Of a stretch of DNA of 64,000 bases, positions 49,893 through 62,074 are shown piece by piece. Position numbers and translations under genes: made by a program. Source of the stretch: Paecilomyces variotii (taxonomy: Eukaryota). The notes beneath the pieces are model-generated. The model saw only the letters and a list, made by a program, of their open reading frames with translations. It was not told the origin of the DNA and made no database searches. The stretch is taken from the NCBI GenBank assembly GCA_004022145.1, contig RCNU01000014.1, one strand, 5' to 3'. Every line of letters begins with the position of its first letter. Positions within the stretch are counted from its first letter, which is position 1.

Positions 49893-51816
49893 GCTCCTCT
49901 AGGGACGACGTGGGCTGGACTCCATTGATACCATTTTATACCTGAATTCCCCGTAACTATTGCATGCATTCAACATGAATGTAGTAATGTACAGAAGTCA
50001 TTGGAACGTTTTATCCGATCACGTGCAGACCTATGTCGATACAACGACACCTCATCCTTATCTACCCTGCCATCCCCAACATCGTATTTTCCGCTATGCC
50101 TAGCAAACCGAAAGCTTCTACCCGCTTCATCATAAGAATAAGGTTCCCCATGAGACCTTGGAGGCTTTGAGAAGTCCTAGCAAGTCGGATCAACGCCTTC
50201 ATGTGAGCTACTTGTTCGCCGATATCTTCGAGAAAAAGAAATGTACGCGTTCCGTCCAATAAACCTACAGGAATAAGAAAGCAGAGAAATACAGGGCCTG
50301 TCTGAGAACCAATTGTCGGGTTTTCACAATAGGTAGCGGCGTTGTCGACCTGGCGACAACTGAGCGCCTTGCGTCTAGGAAGAGGGGCCGTTGTGGTAGT
50401 TAGTACATACAACTAATGACGGGCTCATTTCGCGGAAGCATTTAGGCACAGGCAGACAGTTTTGTACATCACTAGCTTGCTTTCACTATCGAACTGCAAT
50501 CAAAAGGAGTCCTCAGATAGTCCGCGCTTGTCCTATCCAGATCGATCCCTCGAAGCAAAACATGGCGGTGCGTCGACATCAGATCGCATCGACTATCCCG
50601 CCTATCATCACCAAAAGGGATTCAATCACGCCGATGCATCGATGAATCGACGATAGACAGTGTTTTGTCCGATAGACTTTGCAGGGGATAAGTTGTCGGG
50701 TGTTGTGATCATCCTCAACATGACGCTACTACTTTAGGGCTTAGAGTAGAGCGCCAAACACCACCGGCCCGAATACCTAGCGCGATTCTTAACTACCGCG
50801 GCAGCTTTCGAAGCTTTTGAAAGTGGTCCTAGTCTAGTGGTCACTGCGTGTTACCGACTGGTCCGGATAGGAGAACAAAGAAAAGGGCCCTGGAATTGGG
50901 AAATCTCCAACTATGATTGCTCTGGGTTATTCATTTCTATGTCTTCGGTGATGCTCTGGACATGCCAAAAAGACGGACAAGAGTTTGCATCACGCATGAT
51001 CGAAACACCTGTCAGGTTCAATCGAAAGATGATCAATTTCGGAGAACTGCGACTCCAAGATGAACGAACAGATGGAGCTGGAACGGCGGATGATTACACG
51101 ATCTCGGATCTTCCCCTGACGCTAGGCGAGGATAAGCAATGACCGCCCGCTAACATACCCCATCGAGATACTATGCCTCCTAGCAGCATCGGCTACGGCC
51201 AAGTCTAATTATCTTCCTGGTCAAATCCAGCTCCTCGGAGTCTTGGACTCCTTTTCTCGAACCCTCTTGATTGAATGATGATTCTCAAGCGTCTTGTGTC
51301 TAATTGCTGCTCCACTAATCAGTCGTCTTGGCGGAAACGGTCTCATAGTTCTGGTCGAATGAGTGGTCATGGGAAAACAACCTCTTGACCAAGGATGGAA
51401 ATTGGGATCCATATGCAGCTGGGGTTGCTGCTCTCCGCATTGGCCGTGTCATGCTTGAATGGCGTCCTTTTTCAGTGAGGGCCGAGGGACCAGGGACTAG
51501 CTCGCGCCTTTTTGAGCTCGTCTTTTCCTCCATCGCGGTTTTGTCTATCTTCAAGTTGCTTCTTTGGCTATTGGGGCGCTCTTCACCTTCGTTTGGTTGT
51601 TCTGACCATAGTCTTTCTTTCGAGACAAAAAAAAAAAAAAACATATCCAATCATTTTTGCGGCGTTAAGAGAAGACAAAAGTCAATTGGCTCACAAAGTT
51701 TGGATAGAAAAGGACACAGGAATCAAAAGAGACTGATACTCTACGACTGCTTTTGATCTAGGGGACTTTGCATAAACACATTCACTCCGATTGACACCGG
51801 AAGCTACGACTCAGCC

Positions 51817-53334
51817 ATGAAATTCAACGCCTTCTCATCTCGTGTCGCTGCGGTGTGCGTCCTCTTTGCGGCTGTGGAGGCATCGGGACACAATCATGGC
51901 CACATACATTCTCGAAGGCATCAGCATGTCTCCGCTCAGCAGAAGGATCAAGTGGAAAAGAGAGCAGTGACATGTGACTTCCCAACGGATGAAGGCCTGG
52001 TTGCAGTCACTCCATCAGAACAGAATGCCGGGTGGGCTATGGCTCCGGATCGCCCATGCAAGGCTGGACAATGGTGCCCATATGCCTGTCCATCTGGCAT
52101 GGTATCCATGCAATGGAACCCAGAAGTGACATCGTACACCTACCCAGGATCCATGGTATGGACTTGACTTCGAGTATTAAACCTCTTGTGCCGGTCTAAC
52201 CTATGAGACAGGATGGCGGTTTGTACTGCGACCACAACGGGAATTTGCAAAAGGGTTTCCCGGACAGGCCTCTTTGTGAACCAGGAACGGGAACAGTTTC
52301 GGTCCAGAACAAGTGCAGCAGTGGTGGTGTCTCGTTTTGTCAAACGGTCATGCCTGGTCTCGAGGATATGATTATTCCCACCTGGGTTGAGGGCACGGCC
52401 AATCTTGCTGTTCCTGGGAGTACCTTTTTCGCTGAGACCGCCGCTCAGTAAGTGCCTTATGATCAGTTTTGCGTTTGGTATCGTTCTCACATGTTGCAGC
52501 TATTACATTAACCCGCCGGGTGTCAGTCCCACTGACGCATGCGTTTGGGGAGATTCAAGTAAGGCAATCGGCAACTGGGCTCCTTTCGTGGCTGGTGCGA
52601 ACACGGAAAGCGATGGCAGAACATACGTCAAACTTGGTTGGAACCCGATTTATACCAATGCGTATAGCAACCAGGTCCCGGAGTTCGGCATGGAAATTGT
52701 CTGTGATGGCGATGGCTGTGAAGGCCTCCCCTGCAAATTTGACCCGGCCAGCAATGGATTCAACGAGATGACAGGGGATTATACGATTGGTGATGGTGGT
52801 GCCGCGTTCTGTGTGGTCACTGTTCCTTCGGGCAAGAAGGCCAATATCGTGGTGTTCGAGGGATCTGGCAGCGACTCTGCTTCAACAACCTCATCTTCGA
52901 GCTCTGTGGCCCCCACCTCCACGTCGAAATCTTCTAGCTCGAAAGCAACGACGACTTCCAGCGCTTCTTCGACGAGCAGTCCTGCTTCTAGTACCACTTC
53001 ATCAGATGCAAGTGCCTCTGGGGCGAGTTCTAAGAAGGGCTCACACCATGCCTCCGCAACCTCTTCGGGCGGCAGCATTGCTTCTGCCAGTGCAAGCTTC
53101 TCCTACGCTCCCCATGTGTTCATTGAGACAGGCTCCTCCAATAATACCATGCCCAGCCAGACGTCTTCGATGACCACCATGACCACCATGACCTCTGCGG
53201 CGTCTACAGCCTCGTCTACAGCCTCTGCCAAGGCTTCCGCGACCTCGACTTCCAGCGCTGCGTCTTCAAATGCAGTGTCTTTCATGGGCTTCATTGTGAC
53301 CGTCTTCGTTGCCGGTCTCCTGTCAAGTGCATAG
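51817..53334 (+). CDS. SUN-family (Adg3-like, GH132) secreted glucanase-like protein with S/T-rich stalk and probable GPI signal
   Basis: Signal peptide, NAGWAMAPD...CPYACPSG, GGLYCD, FCQTVMPG, YYINPPG, GNWAPFVAGAN, S/T-rich tail and hydrophobic C-terminus. Two introns. Confidence 0.88.
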
Positions 53335-55170
53335 GCCGGCACTGCCGCCAGCTTGTCGCTGTCCCTCGTGCCAGGGAGATTTCCAAAGCACCATCTCACG
53401 GTCCTTTTTCACGTTCGATTCGTCAGGGGACCATTTGACGACGATTTATACGTGCGCTAGATATTTTAACGACCTTCGACTGCATATATTTATTCAAAAC
53501 ATACCTTCGATTCTGGCAATTCCCATTCATTCTTCGACCGGAGACTCTCTGCGCCGCCGATACAGGCGTGTTCCGCCTCTAGCGGTACGATGTTCCACCA
53601 TAATGCAGCTTTATCTTCGTGGCCCCGATTGGATAATGTTTATTTTCGCTTCTATGGGCACTGGTGCACTCCCGCTCATCCTGATATATGGATACTCGGG
53701 ATATAGACACGTTTAGACAGTTTTGTACATAGTGCTTCCTATATCTAGATGAGTGAGCACTACATGCCTGCGTTAGCATTGGGCTCAATCTGATTTACTG
53801 TACATAGAGAAGCTAACTATTAATATAGACATTCCCGTGAGTCTTGATTCGCACAGAAGAAATTCGTAGATCCGTAAATGATCGGCACCTTGACCATCAT
53901 TGGTTTCCCAGCTCGTGTCAAGGCCGGTATGACCCTGACAATATTAATTGTGCATCCCGAACCGATTGTGGCCACCTTCCAATCTGGTGCAACAGCCTCC
54001 CAGGTGCAGAACTCCGTACTACGCCGTATAACTATGTGCTCTGTAGGCGCTGCTCAAACGCCCAACTCCAAACCCGAATAGGGATATGCGGATGTGATCG
54101 GCGGTGGAGCAGAATTACTGGGCAAGCATCCGTAGCCAACAAAGCCCGGAGACCCGAACAACCACGAGTGTGAGAGGGTTTCAAAAGATCGACACGGGCG
54201 ATTTTTGAAGGAAATCGGTCGATCATCTGGAAAGACAGTCCGATCCCATGGGCTTTCCGTTCTCTGTACTGGTTTCGCTGTGGTTTGGGGAAATCCCTTG
54301 AAACAACAACATTGCCAAGCAAGACACTAGTTATACAAACTGTGAAGCAATCATTATTACGGACGGGGGGGCCTTTTGATCGAGTTACCCTATTTGGATA
54401 AAGGGCGATCTGATATACGAACAACATTAATAATGTTAAAATGGGACGCGAAGATCAACTATCTATAGTGTCATTTTTTTGGCCTTGCATTCCATGTTTC
54501 TCTCCCCACCACCCGCTCTGCTGGGCGCGTAGTTCTGCAACTTCTGCTACTCTAAGTCGTCCTTTGTCAATAACTAACTAATCGACTAGATAGATAACTA
54601 GAAGGATGAGCAGCGTGCCAGCACCGAACACGTGCAAAGAAAGGATCGCTGAGATCGGTTTCGTTCAAGGCTGAAGTTCAATGGCCCCCAATAGTCAGTA
54701 AGCCGTGTGATGGCCTCTTTTTAAGACTTGTCCTTCGCCAAATGCTTTTCTCTTTCTGTTTCTCATTTCCCTCTTTCCTTTTTACTGTGTGTTTCTGCTC
54801 TGACATCCCTGCATGGTTGCTGTTCTCACGCCCGTTTCAGCAGTGTCGCAGCCCTTTTTGGTCGCATTCCTCCGCAAGGCGTTGCCGACAAATGCTTTTT
54901 TTTCCCGGCAGAGTGATTCAGTCCTATTAGCGATAGCTTAAAATAAAGCTGGTCGCTCTTTGCTGATTTATTTTATTTTATTTTTTTTATTTGGTATTCC
55001 ACATTATTATCTATTCTGCAATACGCGGCTCGGTCGGAGGGCTGACATCATTGTCGAAGGATTATCATTATTACTCGAATTTGAAAGAATAGAGCCGGTC
55101 TCTTGAGAACATAAGAAATAACAATATCATCTGAATTATCACGGAGCCAAAGAGACTGGAAACAGGCAGG

Positions 55171-55806
55171 ATGACGACCAGAACAGAGGTCTTACAACAA
55201 CAGCAATTCGCCATGCCTCGAATCATGCTACACGAGCATGGATCAGAAACAAATCAGAAGAACACCATATTATTCCACCCCAGCAACAACAACACCAAAC
55301 CAGTATCAGACAATATCAACAGCAGCAAGAACAGCACAGGGAGTCTAACTCGAAAACAAATCCCTTTTCTCTACCGCCTCTTCTTCCTCTACCTCGAGCC
55401 TCTCTTCGCCATCAACGGTGCACGTCTCGCCATCTTCCACGGCAGCCAATATCTGAAAATCATCGCGCCGCCAAATTACCCCCATCCGCCATCCCCCACC
55501 CCTAACGAGAGTCTGCTTCTTGTTCAGATCGCCTCGTTGTATATGCTCTTTGCGTTCGCGGAGGGCGTGCTCTTGCGCCATGTGGGCCAGACTCGCCGCG
55601 ATATTTGGCATCTTGTCATGATGTCTTTTGTCCTGTCGGATGTGGGCCATTTGTATGCTCTGTATCGTGTCGCTGTTGATGTGGAAGCGACTGATGTGTT
55701 TTGGGATCCGAGATTGTGGACGAGGTGGGAGGAATGGGGGAATTTGGGCTTGACTTGGTTCGGGTTCTTTCTTCGTGCGGCGTTTTTGTCGGGTGTTGCG
55801 ATGTAG
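55171..55806 (+). CDS. Conserved fungal 4-TM hypothetical membrane protein
   Basis: IPFLYRLFFLYLEP, LLVQIASLYMLFA, LSDVGHLY, WGNLG...LRAAFLSGV. Start codon uncertain (55171 or 55213). Confidence 0.75.
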   Translation: MTTRTEVLQQQQFAMPRIMLHEHGSETNQKNTILFHPSNNNTKPVSDNINSSKNSTGSLTRKQIPFLYRLFFLYLEPLFAINGARLAIFHGSQYLKIIAPPNYPHPPSPTPNESLLLVQIASLYMLFAFAEGVLLRHVGQTRRDIWHLVMMSFVLSDVGHLYALYRVAVDVEATDVFWDPRLWTRWEEWGNLGLTWFGFFLRAAFLSGVAM

Positions 55807-56433
55807 GGTTTTTTATTTTCATTTTTCATGTTTGTTTGGCTTCTTTTTTGGCTGGGATAGATATGATTCTGTGTTTTTGAGGGGTTCTTTTGGGAACTTC
55901 ACGATCCTTTGCATGCGGGATGATTGTGGGATAGGGTATGGTTTCTTATATTGTATACCCATAGGCTTTTACTCGATGAACATGAGTGACATGGATGGAA
56001 TGCGATTATCAAAGGGTATTACTAGTGATTTACGGGTCTAGCTCTATTCATGTGGATGTATAGATAAGACACTTGACAAATATCAGTGAGATTTAAAAAT
56101 ACCGTATAGGAGAGTAAGCAAGACGTTGGCTTCTTTATCTAGTTACATTAGATGTATGAACGGCTAGCCAACTATTCCCCATTATCGAAAGCTACTCCAT
56201 ATAAATATGCTAGCACCTCGAGAATCCTTCCACCATCATTCGCAATGAAGAGCTCAGCGTTAACATCTTCGAATATAAGGCTGGGAGGAGTTCAAGTACT
56301 TGCTCGATAGCAGACGAGTACATATGTCCTGAATGAACTGAACACATGTATAAAGGGTATATCATGTCATAAAATAAAACACTACAACCGAGATATACGA
56401 ATACAGAACCTCTCATAAAGCTCGATCCACACC

Positions 56434-57780
56434 TCACTTCTTCAACGCCGCAAACCTCCTCGCCAGCTCGTCCATCTCGGGAATGCCATTCCCCGTCTTC
56501 TTTGGCTCCGGCGTCTGGTTATTAATATTATTATCATTCCCCGTCTCTGACCCTGGAAAATTCACCTTCGGATTCAAATTATCCGTCGTCGGTCCTGGCG
56601 GCGCAACACTCACTGGACTCTGAGGCCCGATATCTCTCGGCGGCGTGGCTTTGCTCAACTCTGCTTCTGAGACGCTTCGCAGCTCAGAAAGGTCTGGTTT
56701 CCGCGGCGTCGATGGTGTTGCGTCCGGTATATCCCCCGATGATGCAGATGCAGATGCAGATGATGCTGGTGGATGATCGACGAACTCCGACGACGACGAC
56801 GACGACTCTCTCACCTCCCCCTTCGGCCATGCAACACCATACGCCTTTGCGATTTCCCTTAGATAACTCTCCGCCAGCTCCTTCGGCGGCGGACGCACTC
56901 GGAGACTCTTCACCAGGCGCTCAGGAACCTTGATTCCGGCTTTATTATCCTGCGCTAGAGACGCAAAGTCCTTCCCCCATCGCTCGACGAGTTGGTTTCG
57001 AAGAGTGGTTAATTCGCGCACCTCGCGGGGGAAACGTGGCCAGGCGTAGAATATCGCTGCGGCAGCTTCGTCGAGGCCCGGGTCGATGTATCCTTCTTCC
57101 TCCTCTTCCCCTTCCTCCCCAGCTTGATCTTTATCTTTATCTTCCTCCTTGGATTTCTTCCCACCAGTTCCAAATAACCCAAACCCTCCACTCCCACTCC
57201 CACCAGCATCCTTACCTTCCCTCCTCCCTTCCTCCATCTTCGCTCGACTCCTCCCCCTCCCCCCCCTCTCACCAAACGCAATCGCATCCAACACCGCCGC
57301 TCTCGCAAGCAATAATTCGCAATACAACTCAATCATCTCCATCACCTCAACAGCTATATCCGTCGCGATGACATTCTCGACGCGGATCCGGGCTGATGCG
57401 TCGCGGTTGGAATCGAGGAGTTGGGCGAGTTCCCGCCGTTGCGCGACGGAGGAGGCGGTTTCTTTCTTTTGGAGAAGGCGGAGACGGGGGATGAGGAGGC
57501 GGAGGGTGGATATTAGTCGGTTCTAGGAATTGGTATTGGCGTTAGTTTTGGATTTGGATTTTTTTTTTTAAGAAAAAAGGAGTTCATATGGAGGGGGAGA
57601 GGGAGGGGTGTTGAGGACGCGAACGCGGGGTAATGATATGATATGATATGTTAATGTATCGGATTGATTTTAAGTGATTATCATTACCCCTCTTAGGTAA
57701 GTAAGTGCAGTACAGTACCAGTAGAGATAATGAAATGAAATAAAATTAAACCAACATACCGTTTGCATAGAAGGTGGCAT
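56434..57780 (-). CDS. ist1: Ist1 / DUF292 regulator of Vps4 (ESCRT-III associated); intron about 57524-57759
   Basis: MPPSMQT|NRLISTLRLLIPRLRLLQKK...ARIRVENVI...EMIELYCELLLAR, YLREIAKAY and C-terminal MIM1 motif DELARRFAALKK. Confidence 0.9.
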
Positions 57781-58561
57781 CTTGAAATCAACCCCCGCGG
57801 TTATGTATGTTCTGAGAGTTGCCTGCGTTGCGTTAGATAATTGATTGGGTTGGGTTGGGGAATGGTTGGTTTGGTTTGCGGGTACTTGAACTTGGTTAAC
57901 TAAGTTAGTTTAAGCAAGGCAGCCGGAGTTACCTAGGCTAGAATTAGACTAACTAATGATAAATACATAAGAATAATTCGTCGCGTTTGCAGTGCCGGGG
58001 AGAGATTGATTATTTTATTTGTTTATTGGGGGTTTGTTATCTTATCTTGCTTGTTTTATTTTAACTATATGTTATTATTGTAATTCGTTGTTTGTCCATA
58101 GTCTAGGACTCTAGATGGGAACTATAGTTGGTGCTTTTCTTTTCTTTTCTTACCTTCAAAATCTAGCTTATTTTACTAATAGCTTAACCTTTATCTTAGA
58201 TTAATACTTTTACCGCAGCTTGGGGTAACTATCTGTTTTATTGATTTTTGTATTCTCATTCGCTAGCATCCCACGCATATACAATGCACCGCACTCCAAC
58301 TACAATATCACCAGATAAAAGAAAAAATCTAAACGCCATCCTAAATGCATCCCATGCGTATCCCATCCGATGCTAAAAATTCCCACTAAATTTCTCCCCT
58401 CCTATAGTTTTTATCTTCTTCCCCCCATGTGGATATAAAATGTCAAAAGAAATGCGTCTGACAAGACGGACGAGGCTCTAGACGGAGTATTAACGTAAAC
58501 AAACAGACAAACAGATAAAAGTATGTACAGAGAATGACGAACGCAGAAGTAGCTGCTGCCA

Positions 58562-60644
58562 TTACTCGTCCTCTTCGCCAGGAAGGAGGATTTCATGGCC
58601 AGAGCCCTCATAGACAAAGATGGCGGCAATGCAGCCAAAAACAGATACCAAGGCAATCATCCACCAGGCGAATCCGACGACGCCGACATCCAGCCCATAC
58701 CCGTACCATGACCCCGAAAAGATCGGGCCGACGGTGCGGAAGGCCGACGACACGGACTGTCCGATCCCGTGGATCGTCCCCAGCACGGACGGATGCGGAG
58801 AGCAGTTGTTGAGGAGGATGATGGAGGTCGGCAACGTGAAGGTCCGCGCGGTGACTTGCATAAACAGCACGACAATGATGGTGAGCCAGACCCAGATGCC
58901 GGTCGCTTGGTTCGGGGGCGGGCTACTCGACGGGGCGAGCGAGAGGTACGGGGCAAAGGCGTAGGCGACGGGGAAGAGCGCGAGGAAATATTGGTAGCTC
59001 TTGACGGTGCCGAGACGGCCGTTGATCGTAGGGTAAATGGTGAACTGCAGCGCCATGCCGATGATGCCCACGATGGAGGTCGCGAAACCGACACTTTGCG
59101 GCGGCATGCCCAGACCACCCGTGAAGATGAAGGGCAGCTTCTGCGGCGCCGCCGTGGGATCGGCCGGGTCGTAGCGCGGCGTCGAGAGGAAGAGGAGCCA
59201 CAGGTTGTTGAACGCTCCCATCTGGAAATCAAAGAACGCCTGTGCCAACAGCGTGCACAGCACATTCTTGGTCCAGATCCTCCGGAAAGCCAGCACGCGA
59301 GCCGGCCGCGCGGGCTTGCCCTTTTCTTCCATCTCGTAGCTCTCGGTGCGGTCGACGGGCTCTCGCGCCAGCAGACCTTCCTCCTCGTGCTCCTGGAACG
59401 GAAGCTTGGAGTACCAGCGAGACGAGCGCGGAACGACCGCCCTGACTCCGCGGAAGAAGAGCTTGACCGCAAAGGCACCCAAACCGGGCTTTCCCTTACA
59501 CGCATCGAGGGTCTAGACAAACCGTTAGCCATGTTGACTGCAGAGTATAGCAGAAGATCTCCATAATAAAAATAGATCCCCATAATAAACATAGATCTCC
59601 ATAATAAACATAGATACATACTTCTTCCAGGCCAATGGCCGTCAGAATCGCACAAAAGGTCAAGAAGCAAAAGTTCATCAACATCGGCAGCGCATACGGA
59701 TACCTGATGAGCCACTGGACTCCGTGGGCGCCGCCGATCGGCGAGTTCTCTCCCAACAGCGCGGGATAACTCCTCACGGGATCCGCCAGCAGACCTCCCA
59801 TGACGGGACCAAAGAGCGAGGCGATGTTGAAGCCGATCGGGAGGATCAAGAAGGCGCGCGAGTGATACTTCTTCTCCTTGACGTTCTCGGCGATCATGGT
59901 CCGGATGATGCCCACGGTGCCGTTGATGGCACCGCCAAACGAACGCCAGAACACGGCCTGCGCGAACGACGTCGCAAATGCCACTCCCAGACATGACACG
60001 GCGGTCCCGAGCAGACCGACGAGCAGGACGAACTTGCGTCCGCCCCATTTGGCGTCGGCGACTCTGCCCCAGGGGATGGCGGTCGCGAACTGGGCGGCGG
60101 TGAAGGCGCCCTGGAGGATGCCGGCCTGGGTCGCGACGTCGGAGTCGGTCAAGTTCTCATCGAAGGACTTGAGCTGATAGAACATGTACGCCTGCAGCGA
60201 TGCGACCTGCAGGAAGTCAAAGACGCGACAGAGGCCGAGCAAGGCGAGCTGACCCTTGCGGGGGAGGGACATCCATGTCACGGGCGCGGGTCTGTTATTA
60301 TTATTGCTGTTGATGTTGTTGTTGGGCATCATCTGCGTGGTGGGCGATTCCTGCTCCTGCAGCGCTTCCATCTGGGCCTGGGACTGGGACGTGGTGCGGG
60401 CGTGCTGGCGCCATTCCATAGATTTCTTCATCGGCAAAGCGGGAGCGTCCTCGTTGAGGCCGTACAAAGAAGCGCTGGAAGCTCGTCGACGCCGCTGGGA
60501 TTCAAAGTCGTGACTGATTCGCATCTCGTGGGCAGTCGTCCGGGAAGTACTCCGGGTGTGTTTGGCATGATTATGATGATGAGAAGAAGAAGAAGAAGAT
60601 GCGGATGGAACGGCCGAGGGAACCGTTGGAGTTTTGGCAGGCAT
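58562..60644 (-). CDS. MFS transporter (ZIF1/YCR023C-like); intron 59513-59621
   Basis: WMSLPRKGQL, WGRVADAKWGGRK, RTMIAENVKEKKYHSRAF, GGLGM, LNNCSPHPSVLGTIHG, with multiple TM segments. Confidence 0.9.
59555..59615. repeat. 19-bp tandem repeat (3.2 copies) in the MFS intron
   Basis: AGATCTCCATAATAAAAAT / AGATCCCCATAATAAACAT / AGATCTCCATAATAAACAT / AGAT. Confidence 0.9.
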
Positions 60645-62074
60645 GGAGAGATGTTATCGAATCGCCCCCCCGCTTGTGTGGATGGTTTGCGTAAGATGTG
60701 TCGGATGTGTCCGCAGATAGTCAGGACAAGACGTCAGCAAGAAGGGAATCTCGAGAAAGAATGGGAGGAAAAGAAACACAATGCGAAACGGCGTCGAATC
60801 CGCATGCGTGTCAGGATCGGGTCGAATCAAGAAAAGAGGTCGGTTAAAGGGGGGATGGTTGGATAGAGACGACTGTCCTGTAAGAATTGATTAATTGTAG
60901 ATAGGATATGGATGGTATGCAGACAAGATCATTGTTATTATTATTATTATTATTAGAAGCACTCGAATCAGACCTGAATGATTGATTGATCGATCGTTCA
61001 CGACGCGTATACTCGATTCTACTCCTGCAGGGACTAATAATAAGTAGTAGTAGATAACCTGTTAACTAGGTAATACCATACATACACCAATATTAATATT
61101 AATATAAATACCCTAATAATACCAGAAGCACAGAATAATAATTAATTGATTAATTAATTAATTAATCAACCAACCAACTAGTGAGGGAGTTAACCGCGCG
61201 TAACAAAACACGGCAGTGTTACCATACCATTACCGGTGGGGCCAGAAGGGGATGATCCGTCTTGGCGTCTTGGCATCGTCGTCAGCTCCGATAAGATACC
61301 AGACCAGGTATGATCATGGTATCAGATCGTAATCAATCATCCTGGCGGAAAGAATCGTATCGTATCTACTGGTTGTTATCACTCAAAAGGGAAGTCGAGA
61401 ACGAGCACAAAAAATAAAAAACAACATGGAGTTGCTAGTTAGTTGACCAGTTAGAATACTAATATCATCATCATCATCATCAGATCTAAGTGTATGGTGA
61501 TAGACGGTATTCTCCTCTACTCTACTCTACTCTACTGGTTAGATACCAAACACCTCCTGTGTGATCGTCACTCTCCGCACTGGGCGGGAATGGCAAATCG
61601 CCTTGCCTTCCCTAGACTAGATAATAATGATAATCAGGGTAGATATTATTATGATCATTCTAGCGGAGAATTCAATCAAGGCGAACACAGTGGGTATCTA
61701 TGCCCGGTAACATCGTTCGGTAAGGTCCCGCCTGTTTCTATCGGGCTGGGGATATGGATCATTCGGTATCTAGGGCTGGACGATCATGTTATGTATGTAC
61801 TCGAGTCTCGACTCTGGCAGTGGAAATTCATCATGTTATCTAACTAACTATACATCATGGGCATCCAGGTATGTCGGTTCATTTATGTAACTATATCAAC
61901 CAACCCATGGATTGGTTAATCCTCTGGGGAAAAACGACCGAAATCATCTTTGAGTGGGTATCCAATATTCATCAGATGGATTGGTATATATTATAAGAAA
62001 ATGAAAAAAACAAGAATACAAGTCCATATCCCCCGTAAGCGCCGTAATGTGCCATGAGCTATGAGTTATGAGCT

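Noticed and set aside
50000-51750. Short ORFs between PPM1 and the SUN gene (also 53400-55100)
   Set aside because: No recognisable motifs, consistent codon bias or splice structure. More likely promoter/UTR sequence.
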